Below the pieces are notes generated by a model. It saw only the letters and a list, made by a program, of their open reading frames with translations, had not been told where the DNA came from and did no database searches. This document shows positions 41,243 through 52,105 of a DNA stretch of 64,000 nucleotides, one piece after another (positions within the stretch are counted from its first letter, which is position 1; the number at the start of each line of letters is the position of its first letter). The position numbers and the translations under genes were made by a program. Origin of the DNA: an uncultured Gammaproteobacteria bacterium (GTDB taxonomy: Bacteria; Pseudomonadota; Gammaproteobacteria; UBA9214); contig CAVWDM010000019.1 of NCBI GenBank assembly GCA_963753755.1, forward strand, positions 210,282 through 274,281, given 5' to 3'.

Positions 41243-41336
41243 ACGGTGCCGAGGCAGGTACAGTCAATAACTCAAAGTGCGTCGGCCTATGGGGGGTGAT
41301 GCGGGCCGAAGCAAAGTACAGTCAGGGAGAAGGGTC

Positions 41337-42661
41337 TTGAATAGTAAAGTGTCTTGCGGGTCAGCACGACAGGCAGTGCTGTTTGCCGCTGGTATCAGTT
41401 TGCTTGCGGTCACGCTGTCGGCGCTGTCGCAGGCTGCTATGCCTATGATATCAACGGATTCACCTTTTCCGGGGATATCCGTACCGGCTGGGTGCAGTAC
41501 GACTACGATAATCCGGATGGCGATCCGGATATCAACAAGGGGCACAAGAATTCAAAGGGATTCTATCTCGTTCCGAAGTTTTCGCTGCTGACGCCCACCT
41601 ATCATAACTTTACCGGCAAGATCACCGCTGGCAGGTTCCACCGACTTCGGCATGAACAATCAGGACGAGGAATCGCGGAATTTTGTCTTCGATCCGGTTG
41701 AGAACGAGTCATTTCGATATCCTGCAAGAACTCTATCTCGAGTGGCAGACGGACCAGCAGCAGGCACTCATCGGTCGCAAGGAATATGTGTCTCCGATGA
41801 TCGATGCGGATGACTACTACATGCTGGCCAACAGTTTTGCGATGGGCGCGTATGACAACCGCCATTTTGCAATACCAGTCTCAGGGCCGGTTACTTTCCG
41901 AAATGGCCGGTGTCTGGGACAGTGGCGCCAACGGTACCGAATTTCACTCCATGTCGGATGCCAGCTTCGTGCCGCAGGTCAACAAGGATGAGGCCGATGA
42001 CAAGGGCGTGTATTTTGCGGCCGTCGATTACGACAATGAACTGCATCACGTGCAACTCTGGAACTACTACGCGGATGAGTTGTATAACACGCTGTTTGCG
42101 CAGTACGACTACGTGAAGGGCAATGATCAATTTAACTACGACTTCGGCCTGCAGTTCATTAATTTCTCGGAAGTGGGTAAATTAAAATCCAGTTCCACCG
42201 ACATCGATTACAGTCTTTATTCGATTAAATACGACGGTGCCTTCGGCAACGGTATATCCTTTGCCAGCGGCGCGGCAAAATATTCTGATGGTGCCGGGAC
42301 GGAGTCGACCCTGGGCGCCTGGGGTGGCTATCCTTATTTTGCCAACGGCATGATTTTTCACTTTTTCGAGGCGGGTTCCCTGCGCAATGCCGCGTCCTAC
42401 AAGCTGCAGGTTGGCTATGATTTTCCAAGGCAGTCACCCGACAAGCTGGGCATCTACCTGCGCTATACCCGCTATGAGCTGGATTCAAAATACTCCATCA
42501 GCTCGGATGGCAAGGGGCAGGATCTCATGCACATGACCGGCCTGCAGGTGAAGTACAAGTTCCTGCGCAGTGGTTATTTCACCGGCACCTACGAGCAGCA
42601 CCGTGTTGACCACGAACCGAATACCTGGGCGCTGCGTCTGATCGGTGGTTTTACCTTTTAG
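41337..42661 (+). pseudogene. Outer-membrane porin-like beta-barrel gene with at least 3 frameshifts
   Basis: Signal peptide (...LLAVTLSALSQAA) in frame 0. The barrel sequence continues through ORFs 41354..41701, 41683..41991 and 41804..42661, and ends ...ALRLIGGFTF. One junction is at a T4 run (about 41864-41867). Confidence 0.7.
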
Positions 42662-42745
42662 GCTCGAAGTGTGGCGGGTTGTTGGGCACGTGATGTTTTG
42701 CCCAATCCATGGTTATCACCAGGTAACAAGTAAAAGGAGCAAGCT

Positions 42746-43771
42746 ATGACTATTCTGACACGCACCCTGCTGATTGCGGGACTGTTTATCTGCCACAGTG
42801 TGACACCGCTGCATGCAGCCACCGATATCGATGAGGTACTCAAGGTCGCGTATGAAAAATACAAGGATCTGGATGAGGGCGCGAATGCCGACTATATCCC
42901 GGCGCTGGCCGAGGTGGATCCGAACGTGTTTGGCATTGTGCTGGTCACCGTCGATGGTGATGTTTACAGTGTCGGTGATATCAAGACCGAGGTCTCCATC
43001 CAGTCCATCTCCAAGGTCTTTACCATGGCCAGGGTCATGGAAGAGTCCGGGACAGACGCTATTTTAAACAACATGGGCGTCGATGCGACCGGCCAGGTAT
43101 TCAACTCCATTGTGGCCATCGAGCAGTACCAGGGACAGCAGATGAACGCGATGGTCAACCCGGGGGCGATTACCGCCACTAGCATGATCAAGGGTGCGAA
43201 CGAAAAAGAGGTATGGAATACGATTCTGGATACCTATAACGATTTTGCCGGTCGCAAGCTCTCGGTGATGGAAGATGTCTACAAGTCAGAGGCAGACACC
43301 AACCAGCGCAACCAGGCACTGGCCATGCTGATGTATGCCTACGGACGCATAGAAGACAATCCGATCGAGGCGACGGATATCTACACGCGCCAGTGTTCTG
43401 TCGGCGTCAACGCAAAAGACCTCGCCACCATGGCGGCCACGCTGGCCAACGGTGGCAAGAACCCGGTCACCGGCAAAAAGGTGATCAGCAGCAAACACAT
43501 TGCTGAAGTGCTGGCGGTGATGGCCACGGCCGGTTTGTACGATGACTCCGGGCAGTGGTTGTTCAAGACCGGGTTGCCGGCCAAGAGCGGTGTGGGGGGC
43601 GGTATCATTGCCGTATCGCCCGGCAAGTTTGGTATAGCCGCGATCTCGCCGCCACTGGATGCTGCCGGTAACAGCGTGCGGGCGCAAAAGGCGATTGCCG
43701 ACATCTCCAATGCGTTGTGCGGCAACCCGTACGAGCCACTGGTGGATGGTGTTTGCGGTGTTGAAAAATGA
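42746..43771 (+). CDS. glsA: Glutaminase A with an N-terminal signal peptide
   Basis: ADYIPALA, the SIQSISKVF (S-x-x-K) motif and GLPAKSGVGGGI. It carries about 25 extra hydrophobic N-terminal residues ending LHA|A. Confidence 0.9.
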   Translation: MTILTRTLLIAGLFICHSVTPLHAATDIDEVLKVAYEKYKDLDEGANADYIPALAEVDPNVFGIVLVTVDGDVYSVGDIKTEVSIQSISKVFTMARVMEESGTDAILNNMGVDATGQVFNSIVAIEQYQGQQMNAMVNPGAITATSMIKGANEKEVWNTILDTYNDFAGRKLSVMEDVYKSEADTNQRNQALAMLMYAYGRIEDNPIEATDIYTRQCSVGVNAKDLATMAATLANGGKNPVTGKKVISSKHIAEVLAVMATAGLYDDSGQWLFKTGLPAKSGVGGGIIAVSPGKFGIAAISPPLDAAGNSVRAQKAIADISNALCGNPYEPLVDGVCGVEK

Positions 43772-43840
43772 AATTCAATAGAAAAGTGAGTCTGTACAGC
43801 CGGGGTATACGCGCCCGTAAACAGGAAGGGCGTACGTGAC

Positions 43841-44405
43841 ATGACCACAATAGATGACAATTCGCTTGAGCCGGCAAGTAGTGCTATCAGGAAGAACCGT
43901 GGCTGGCTCATGTTCATGGGCATAGTGATGATTATTCTTGGATTTCGTCGGCCTGTCCATGGAGGTGGCACTGACGGTTGTCAGTGTACTGTACTTTGGG
44001 ATTCTGATTCTGTTTGGCGGTGCCGTGATGCTGATCGATGCCTTCAAGGCCGGCGAGTGGAAGAGTAAGATCTGGTATGTACTGATTGCACTGGTCTACA
44101 TTGCAGCGGCTATTGTCATGATGACTGACCCGGCTGCCAGTGCGGTGTGGATCACGCTGTTCCTGGCATCCTTTTTTGTGATCACGGGTGTGTTTCGCCT
44201 GATAGTCGGATTCCAATCACGAGGTAACGTTGCCAACTGGGGTTGGATAGTGTTCGCCGGCCTGATCTCCATCGTGCTGGGGGGCATCATCTTTGCTGAA
44301 TGGCCGGTCTCGGGTCTCTGGGTTATCGGTATGTTTGTCGCCATTGAACTGATCCTGCAGGGCTTCTCGATGATTTCGATTGCTAGGGCAGTGCGCACCG
44401 ATTGA
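43841..44405 (+). pseudogene. hdeD: HdeD-family (DUF308) acid-resistance membrane protein, apparent frameshift near codon 32
   Basis: The N-terminus MTT...GWLMFMGIVMIILGF is in ORF 43841..44068. The rest is in ORF 43938..44405 (repeated DUF308 helices). The junction is at about 43925-43945. Confidence 0.7.
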
Positions 44406-44583
44406 GACCAGCCCGGTAATCTGCAGGTGTGTCCCTGTGATGCCCGGCAATCAGTCGGGCGCAGCGCGACATCCATGCCCGCCGGGTTTACGAATGCAAT
44501 TCACTTCTGCAGCGTATGTCTTATACTTGAGCACTGGGTAGTCAGTGAAATCGCTGACAACTGGATCACTATAAGGATGCTGC

Positions 44584-47500
44584 ATGCAACTTACTGATTT
44601 AAAACGTCCCCGGTTTTATATTCCGATAGGCCTGTTCGTTGTTCTCAGCGTGCTCTCTGCGGTGGTCTTCAATCCCGGCTTCCAGAAAAAGATGCTGCTC
44701 AAGTATGTGGGTCCGCTGGTTGACTCGCTGCAGCTTGACTATGTTCATGTTACCCCCTGGTCCGTGCATCTCAACAAGGTTGCGGTGGAGTATGCAGGCG
44801 GGCATTTCGCACTGGAGCAGGGCACGCTTCGCTACTGTCTTTCATCGCTGTTGCTGCTGAATGCCAACATCAAGACGCTGGCGCTGAAGGATGTCCATAT
44901 CGATGTCAGTGAATTCACCCCCCCGGAAACGGAGGAGCCTGAGGAAGACGGAATATTTCCCGGTGTGCTGGCAGCTTTGCAACACGGACTCAGCTACACC
45001 CTGCAGGAAGTGGCTGTGAATGCGGATGTATTTCTGCCGGACCAGCAATCGCTGTCAGCGAGCATTACCGGTGGCGACGTCAGGCCCAAAACAACGGGCG
45101 CCATCAATATGAAGGCGCATTTTCATACCGGCAAGGAGGACGAGCTGGTTGCGCTCGATGGCCGTCTCGTCCTTGATCAGCTTACCCGGGGGCGCTTCAA
45201 CTCGATCGAAACAGCGCTTGATCTTGATGTGGTGCTTGCCGACCTGCCGGAAGCTGAAAGTGCCAGCGTGAAACTGCTGGTGACACCGGCACCACTGACG
45301 GAAACGGAGCAGCTGTCACTGCAGGTCGGTGAAGAAGAACCGGCATATACACCGGAGACCTGGCTGCTCGTGAATACGCAGCTGGATACAGATGGCAGTC
45401 CGCGTTCTGTATTGACACTTGAAGGACGCTATGACGGCAACATTGGTGTGTTCGACGGCGATTATCAGTTAACGGCGAATGAACGCCTGGTGCAGCGTTA
45501 TGTGAAGGACACGGAGATACCACCCACGGAAGAAACGCTCAGCGGTGACCTGCTTTTCAATATAGCTGATACGACCGGTGACATTACGGTGATCAGCAAC
45601 CTGCTGGTCAATCAGATCAAGGAAACACACCGTAACGAAAAACTGCCCGAGTTACTGCGACTGGAAAATAACTTTCGGATCTCGCTGTTGCCAGGTTTGC
45701 GCATGCGGGTCGAGACCATTGATTCCGGGCTGACCGATGAAGCGGCCATACGACCACTGACTTCCAGCCTGCCGCAAGACCTGGATATTCCATTGCAGGA
45801 TATCGACGCCTTCATGCGGCAGGAGAATGTGCTGCTGGCATTCGCATTGCCCGAGGTGCCGCTGGCCTGGTTTGACATCTTCCTGCCCGAGCACGAATTA
45901 ATGTCTGGCATTCTAAGCGGTGCATTTGAGATCACCACTGACACGGCAGGTGACATACACCTTAAGCCGGTCAAGGCACTCACGATAACCGGTTTTACTC
46001 TGATGCAGGAAGACAAGACTGTTGTCGAGGGTCTCAACCTGACGGTGTTGCCTCGTGTCAGCTACCGTGGTGATGCGCTGGATGTAGAACTGCATGAACT
46101 AATGGCTGATGGTGGCGAAGGCACCGTGGTCACGGCAGATTTTACGGCCACGGTACCACTGGGAGAACAACCGGGCGCTATCAATGCGCGGGCCACGGCT
46201 GATGTGGAGTTACACCGGCTGGTGGATCTGCTTGCCATCGAGCAGTCGGGAAGGCAGTCCCTGCCGCAAAAGGTTTCACTGGACTTCCAGGCAGCGATCC
46301 AGCAACAGCCCGATGCGGTTGTTGTCAATACGCTGGATGCCAACGTGTTACTGGAAAAGAAGACCCGCCTGCTGCATCTGGATCTGTTGCAGCCGCTGGT
46401 CATCAACAACACGGCAACCAGTAACCGCTTTGGCAACGCACAAGGATCGCTGGCCACGCTCAACATCAGCGATATCCAGCTTGGCTGGTTCTCTGCTTTT
46501 GTGCCGGATACCACCCTCAAGGGCAAACTGCAGCGTGCAGATTTTACGCTGGCGGCGGAGGGGCAGGGCGTTGCCACGTTGGCTTCAGGTAAACCGGTGA
46601 GGCTGGATAATGTCACTATCACCGGCCCGGATGGGCCGATGCTCAAGGATGTCGCTATCAGCGTACGGCCCGGCATTCGCCTGGCGCCGGAGGGAACCGG
46701 CATTACTTACAAGGACCTCAAGGTGAGCGGCCAGAAACAACAACTACTGGCTGCCAGTGGCGCACTGACCCTGCCGGGTGAAGCGGACAAACCCTTGCTG
46801 GCCGAGGGTCAGCTGAATATGGATGTACAGGCCTTTTCCCGGCAGCCAGTTGTTGCCCGGGCGTTACAGGGTTCCATTGAGGCGCCGCTGTGGCTGGAGG
46901 CGAATTACAAGCTGGCACAGGGTGTATCCAGTATTGACCTGAATCGCCTGTCAGCGAACCTGCTCTATGCGGATAAACAACCGCGTATTTCGCTGCAGGC
47001 CGATTCGAATGTCCGTGTGCGCACCAACTTGGGTAGCAGTCAATCCGAGCTGGGTCGGGCCCGCGGCAAGGTGACACTGACGGTAGCGAATCTTACCCCC
47101 GAACCGTTTGCCGGAATACTGGCGGCCAATGGACTGAGCCTGACCGATGCCAACGGCAAGGCAGTGCTCAGTTCGGATGGCAAGTCCCTGCGCATCGATA
47201 CCCTTGAGCCCTTCAGGGTGACGGGTGCCGTGTTGAAGACTGGAGACAAGCAGGTCCTGCAATCCTTTACCCTGACAGCGGATTCCGAGACAGTGATGCA
47301 GGGCGATACGCTGCATGCAACATTAAAACAATTCAACATTACTTTTGATAAAGACCAGGGCAAGCCTGCACTCGATGCCGATGTGGATGTGGTCCTGAAA
47401 GGACACGGTGACAATACATGGATCGAGAACCTGACAGCGAATATTAAAATGTTGCTGCCGCCGTTGCTGGACCAGCCCGCAATCCTGCCCGGTCATGGTC

Positions 47501-49041
47501 TGACTGCCGGTGAGTTGACCTCGGTGACCACGCTGGATTCCGACGGCAAGCTTGATTCAACAACCCGTGTGCAGGGGTTGAAGAGTGGTGATCAGTTACC
47601 ACTGGAACTTCTCGTGATTAAAGTTGCTGGTCAACTGGATGCGGATGGCAGCTTCGATATTACTGCGCCCATCAGCACGCGAGGTAAATCCGGAGAAAGC
47701 GACCTGCAAATAAAAGCAGTACATACACGCAAGCAGGGTGAAAACAATGACCTCACTGGCAGTGTCAACAGTGGCGTGTTCTACCTGAATGATATCCTCA
47801 ATACCCTGAAGGCGATTGCCAATGAAGATGCAAGAGCGGAAGACGAGGAGACACCCGGCGAAGAACAGCAGGCGGCCAATGAAGTGGAGCAACAGGCAGA
47901 TGATCTGCGCCCCGATGACCAGGCATTCTGGGATACGATACCCTACAACCGGCAGGTGACTTACGATATCAAGCGTCTCTTTTACACGGACTACCTGGAG
48001 GTCGTCAATATAACAGGGCGTGCCGAGGTGACATCTGGCCGGCTCTCGCTGGATGACTTCAAGGCAAGCTTTCATGACAGTCCAATTGTGCTTAACAGCG
48101 TCATGACCTTTACGCCCGGAGAACAACCCTATGACCTGAAGATGCAGGCCAGTGTCGAGCAGTTCGATCTCGAGGCTTTTCTGGTCGCGCTCGATCCCGA
48201 GGCCATACCAAGGACGGAGGGCTTGTTTGACGTCAAGCTGGATGCCTATGGTAATTCCCCGAACATGGCGCAGTACCGTAACAATCTGTACTTTGATATG
48301 GATATGCAGAGCCGCGACGGTGCCTTCCGCCTGCTTGATCCCAACGATCCGCTGGTCACAGGGAGTTCCAATTTTGCCGGTGCCGTGGGTGAGGGTGTCT
48401 CTTATATTCCGACCGGACTGTTTGGCATGGGTGCGGTCGCGAGACTGGTCAATTACATCAAGGTGGTCCCGTACGACAAGATTGATGCAGAGCTGACGCG
48501 GGGGGAATCGCGTAATGTGGAGATCAAAAAATACGTGGTGCAGAGTCCGGAAATACTGATGACTGCGAAAGGCGGTATTACCTATGAGGAGGGCGTTGAC
48601 GTGTTACAGAGTCCGCTGCAGATGGATGCCTCGCTGAACTTGCGCGAGCGCGGTGCCGCTATTTTTTATGACCTGAACCTGCTGAAAGACAAGCAGGATC
48701 CCTACGGCTACTGGACCGGTCCGAATATCGAGTTCTGGGGCACGCTGACACATCTGGAATCCAACCTGGGGAAAATCATCCAGAAGGCCGGCAAGGGGGC
48801 AGTACTGGGGGGAATTACACGCCCTATCTCGGGCCTGATCGGCAATGTCAGGCATGTGTGGATGGACGAAGAGGGTGAGCCCATCGAATACACCGATACC
48901 CCCGCGAGCACGGCACCTGATTCGGCCAGCGCATTACCGGCGGATACCCCGGCAGACAGCCGCAAAGAGATTCCGCCAGACAGGCCGAAAGAGAAACCGG
49001 CAGATGGCCTCATGTGGTATCAGCAGCCACCGCTGGAGTAA
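44584..49041 (+). CDS. Very large AsmA-family (YhdP/TamB-like) envelope protein
   Basis: 1485 aa with a single N-terminal TM anchor, a long beta-rich body, an AsmA-like C-terminal region, and an acidic Pro-rich tail. The family assignment is from general pattern only. Confidence 0.6.
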   Translation: MQLTDLKRPRFYIPIGLFVVLSVLSAVVFNPGFQKKMLLKYVGPLVDSLQLDYVHVTPWSVHLNKVAVEYAGGHFALEQGTLRYCLSSLLLLNANIKTLALKDVHIDVSEFTPPETEEPEEDGIFPGVLAALQHGLSYTLQEVAVNADVFLPDQQSLSASITGGDVRPKTTGAINMKAHFHTGKEDELVALDGRLVLDQLTRGRFNSIETALDLDVVLADLPEAESASVKLLVTPAPLTETEQLSLQVGEEEPAYTPETWLLVNTQLDTDGSPRSVLTLEGRYDGNIGVFDGDYQLTANERLVQRYVKDTEIPPTEETLSGDLLFNIADTTGDITVISNLLVNQIKETHRNEKLPELLRLENNFRISLLPGLRMRVETIDSGLTDEAAIRPLTSSLPQDLDIPLQDIDAFMRQENVLLAFALPEVPLAWFDIFLPEHELMSGILSGAFEITTDTAGDIHLKPVKALTITGFTLMQEDKTVVEGLNLTVLPRVSYRGDALDVELHELMADGGEGTVVTADFTATVPLGEQPGAINARATADVELHRLVDLLAIEQSGRQSLPQKVSLDFQAAIQQQPDAVVVNTLDANVLLEKKTRLLHLDLLQPLVINNTATSNRFGNAQGSLATLNISDIQLGWFSAFVPDTTLKGKLQRADFTLAAEGQGVATLASGKPVRLDNVTITGPDGPMLKDVAISVRPGIRLAPEGTGITYKDLKVSGQKQQLLAASGALTLPGEADKPLLAEGQLNMDVQAFSRQPVVARALQGSIEAPLWLEANYKLAQGVSSIDLNRLSANLLYADKQPRISLQADSNVRVRTNLGSSQSELGRARGKVTLTVANLTPEPFAGILAANGLSLTDANGKAVLSSDGKSLRIDTLEPFRVTGAVLKTGDKQVLQSFTLTADSETVMQGDTLHATLKQFNITFDKDQGKPALDADVDVVLKGHGDNTWIENLTANIKMLLPPLLDQPAILPGHGLTAGELTSVTTLDSDGKLDSTTRVQGLKSGDQLPLELLVIKVAGQLDADGSFDITAPISTRGKSGESDLQIKAVHTRKQGENNDLTGSVNSGVFYLNDILNTLKAIANEDARAEDEETPGEEQQAANEVEQQADDLRPDDQAFWDTIPYNRQVTYDIKRLFYTDYLEVVNITGRAEVTSGRLSLDDFKASFHDSPIVLNSVMTFTPGEQPYDLKMQASVEQFDLEAFLVALDPEAIPRTEGLFDVKLDAYGNSPNMAQYRNNLYFDMDMQSRDGAFRLLDPNDPLVTGSSNFAGAVGEGVSYIPTGLFGMGAVARLVNYIKVVPYDKIDAELTRGESRNVEIKKYVVQSPEILMTAKGGITYEEGVDVLQSPLQMDASLNLRERGAAIFYDLNLLKDKQDPYGYWTGPNIEFWGTLTHLESNLGKIIQKAGKGAVLGGITRPISGLIGNVRHVWMDEEGEPIEYTDTPASTAPDSASALPADTPADSRKEIPPDRPKEKPADGLMWYQQPPLE

Positions 49042-49197
49042 GCCATAGCATGGCCGGTGTCCTGCAGCTCCGTCGATAAAAACAGGTGTAATGGCATCAC
49101 GATGCAGCCTGTTATCAGCAACGGCCTGGCCTGATACGTGGAAACAGTGTGCCAAACCACGTATATTCCCGTGACGAACACCAACGATTCAAGTGGC

Positions 49198-50562
49198 ATG
49201 GCTGACAAACTCTATATCAAAACCCACGGTTGCCAGATGAACGAGTACGATTCGTCGAAGATGGCGGACGTACTGGCGGCCTCGCACCGGATGGAAATGA
49301 CACAGGATCCTGCAAAGGCTGACGTGTTGCTGATGAATACCTGTTCCATCCGTGAAAAGGCACAGGAAAAGGTATTTTCCGAGCTGGGCCGCTGGAAGGA
49401 ACTGAAGGATCAGTGTCCGCGGCTGGTGATTGGCGTCGGTGGCTGCGTGGCCAGCCAGGAAGGCGATGCCATTCGCGCCCGCGCGCCCTATGTCGACATT
49501 GTATTCGGGCCACAGACACTGCACCGCCTGCCGGAGCTGCTGAACGAGGCGCGTCGTGCGCAGCAGACGGTCATCGATATCAGTTTTCCAGAAATAGAAA
49601 AGTTTGATTGCCTGCCGGCACCGCGTGCGGACGGTCCGAGCGCGTTTGTGTCCGTCATGGAAGGCTGCAGCAAGTATTGCAGTTTTTGCGTAGTGCCCTA
49701 CACGCGTGGCGAAGAAGTCAGCCGGCCCTTCGATGACATCCTTGCCGAGGTCGCCGCACTGGCCGCGCAGGGGGTGCGCGAGGTGAACCTGCTGGGCCAG
49801 AACGTCAATGCCTACCGCGGCCTGATGGACGACGGCGATAGCGCCGACCTGGCGCTGTTGATCAACTACATTGCCGCGATCGAGGGTATCGGCCGCATAC
49901 GTTATACCACTTCACACCCGCTGGAGATGAGCGACAGCCTGATACAGGCCTACGCGGAGGTCCCGGCGCTGGTCAGTCATCTGCACCTGCCGGTACAGTC
50001 CGGTTCGGACCGGGTGCTGGCCATGATGAAACGCAATCACACGGCGCTGGAATACAAGTCCATTATCCGGCGACTGCGCGAGGTGCGACCCGATATCAAC
50101 CTGTCATCCGATTTTATTATCGGTTTTCCCGGGGAAACCGATGACGACTTCGAGCAAACCATGGCACTGATCGAGGCGATTGGCTTCGACCAGTCGTTCA
50201 GTTTTATCTACAGTGCGCGTCCCGGCACACCGGCTGCCGTGCTGCCGGATGATGTCCAGCACGCGACCAAGAAGGCACGCCTGTCACGGCTGCAGCAGCG
50301 CATCAATGAAATGGCCGCTGCTATCAGCGAGGCCATGGTGGGCAAGGTCGAGCGTGTGCTGGTTGAAAAGGTATCACGCAAACGGGCTGACCAGCTCAGC
50401 GGCCGCACCGCGAATAACCGTGTCGTGAACTTCGATGCGGATGCGGCACTGATCGGCTGTTTTATTGATGTCCGCATCACCGAGGCGCTGCCAAATTCAC
50501 TGCGCGGTGAACTGCTGGCGGTCGAGGATGTAGCGGCGCCCACACACCTGAAGGCCTGCTGA
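49198..50562 (+). CDS. miaB: tRNA-i6A37 methylthiotransferase
   Basis: [16 protein letters not shown], the radical-SAM motif [15 protein letters not shown], and a TRAM domain. Confidence 0.93.
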   Translation: MADKLYIKTHGCQMNEYDSSKMADVLAASHRMEMTQDPAKADVLLMNTCSIREKAQEKVFSELGRWKELKDQCPRLVIGVGGCVASQEGDAIRARAPYVDIVFGPQTLHRLPELLNEARRAQQTVIDISFPEIEKFDCLPAPRADGPSAFVSVMEGCSKYCSFCVVPYTRGEEVSRPFDDILAEVAALAAQGVREVNLLGQNVNAYRGLMDDGDSADLALLINYIAAIEGIGRIRYTTSHPLEMSDSLIQAYAEVPALVSHLHLPVQSGSDRVLAMMKRNHTALEYKSIIRRLREVRPDINLSSDFIIGFPGETDDDFEQTMALIEAIGFDQSFSFIYSARPGTPAAVLPDDVQHATKKARLSRLQQRINEMAAAISEAMVGKVERVLVEKVSRKRADQLSGRTANNRVVNFDADAALIGCFIDVRITEALPNSLRGELLAVEDVAAPTHLKAC

Positions 50563-50569
50563 TCCGCTC

Positions 50570-51553
50570 TTGAACGCTGACACCCTCTCAGTCGATATCA
50601 CGCTGGAGCCCGCCGACAACGAGCGGCTGGCGGAATTGTGCGGCCAGCTGGATGCGCATCTGCGGCAGCTGGAACAGCGTCTCGGGGTCGAAATAAACAG
50701 CCGTGGCAACCAGTTCCGCATTATCGGCGAGGCGAGTGTGGCGAAACGTGCCAGCCAGCTCCTGGAAGGTCTGTACCTGGAAACCGGGTCCGGTTCGCTC
50801 ACACCCGAAAAGATTCACCTCTATCTGCAGGAGGCGGGTGCCGCACAAGCGGTTGCCGGCAAAGCCGCCCGAAAGCACGGCATGATTGTCATCAAGACAC
50901 CGGGCGGCGCTATCACCCCCAGGGGGGATCACCAGAAACAGTACCTGGGCAATATTCTCGAGCATGACCTGAACTTTGGTATCGGTCCGGCCGGTACCGG
51001 CAAGACCTACCTGGCCGTTGCCTGCGCGGTACAGGCGCTGGAGCAGGAACGCGTCAGCCGCCTGGTGCTGGTGCGCCCGGCCGTTGAAGCGGGCGAGCGG
51101 CTGGGCTTTTTACCGGGTGATATGACACAGAAGGTGGACCCCTATTTACGACCGCTGTATGACGCGCTCTACGAAATGCTCGGTATTGACCGGGTCGCCA
51201 AGCTGATCGAACGCAATGTAATAGAGATTGCGCCACTGGCGTTCATGCGTGGCCGCAGCCTCAATGATGCCTTTATCATTCTTGACGAGGCGCAGAACAC
51301 CACGGTTGAGCAAATGAAGATGTTCCTGACACGTATCGGCTTTGGTTCAACCGCGGTGGTGACCGGTGACATTACCCAGATTGATCTGCCGAAACATGTG
51401 GAATCCGGCCTGCGGCAGGCGACCGAGGTGTTGAATGACTATAAGGACATCGGTTTCACGTTCTTTTCGTCAAACGATGTTGTCCGCCACCCCCTGGTGC
51501 AGCGCATTATTTCTGCCTACGAGCAGTACGAGCAGTCAGCCTCAAACAAATAA
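50570..51553 (+). CDS. ybeZ: PhoH-like ATPase
   Basis: Walker A GPAGTGKTYLAV, and ILDEAQN. Confidence 0.9.
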   Translation: MNADTLSVDITLEPADNERLAELCGQLDAHLRQLEQRLGVEINSRGNQFRIIGEASVAKRASQLLEGLYLETGSGSLTPEKIHLYLQEAGAAQAVAGKAARKHGMIVIKTPGGAITPRGDHQKQYLGNILEHDLNFGIGPAGTGKTYLAVACAVQALEQERVSRLVLVRPAVEAGERLGFLPGDMTQKVDPYLRPLYDALYEMLGIDRVAKLIERNVIEIAPLAFMRGRSLNDAFIILDEAQNTTVEQMKMFLTRIGFGSTAVVTGDITQIDLPKHVESGLRQATEVLNDYKDIGFTFFSSNDVVRHPLVQRIISAYEQYEQSASNK

Positions 51554-51571
51554 TCTATACGGGACGCAGTG

Positions 51572-52027
51572 ATGAGCAATCAGCATGAGACGGTCGATGT
51601 CCAGTACGCGATGGCTGCTGACGGTATACCTGGGGAGGCAGCCATCAGGCAATGGGTCTTACTGGCATTGGCGGAGCAAGAAAAAGAGGCCGAGTTGACG
51701 GTACGTATCGTGGACGAGGCGGAGATCACCGCGCTCAATCAACAGTACCGTGGCAAGGACGGGCCAACCAATGTGCTGTCGTTTCCCTATGAAGGCATGC
51801 CCGGCGTGGCAACCGGGCTGCTGGGCGATATCGTGATTTGTGCGCCCGTGGTTGTCAGTGAGGCCATTGCACAACACAAGCCGCTCGATGCGCACTGGGC
51901 ACATATCGTTGTTCATGGCGTCTTGCATCTGCTTGGTTATGACCATCAGCATGATGATCACGCCCATCAAATGGAGGCCCGCGAGGCCGAACTGTTGGCC
52001 CGCCTGGGTTATGAGAACCCTTACTAG
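51572..52027 (+). CDS. ybeY: Endoribonuclease YbeY (rRNA maturation)
   Basis: HGVLHLLGYDH zinc motif. Confidence 0.92.
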   Translation: MSNQHETVDVQYAMAADGIPGEAAIRQWVLLALAEQEKEAELTVRIVDEAEITALNQQYRGKDGPTNVLSFPYEGMPGVATGLLGDIVICAPVVVSEAIAQHKPLDAHWAHIVVHGVLHLLGYDHQHDDHAHQMEAREAELLARLGYENPY

Positions 52028-52105
52028 TGCGAATCCGCTTTCCTGTGTACTCAATAATGGACGTGATGCTAGTATTGCAAATGTCGCATAACTAGCTAAT
52101 ATTTA

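Noticed and set aside
41190-41340. Possible frameshift at the DUF2950 C-terminus (alternative frame reads …GYDPGPGWTPVQE…)
   Set aside because: The alternative frame resembles what I recall of family C-termini. However, it would add a 35-aa tail overlapping the next gene, and the annotated frame terminates cleanly. I cannot decide without an alignment.
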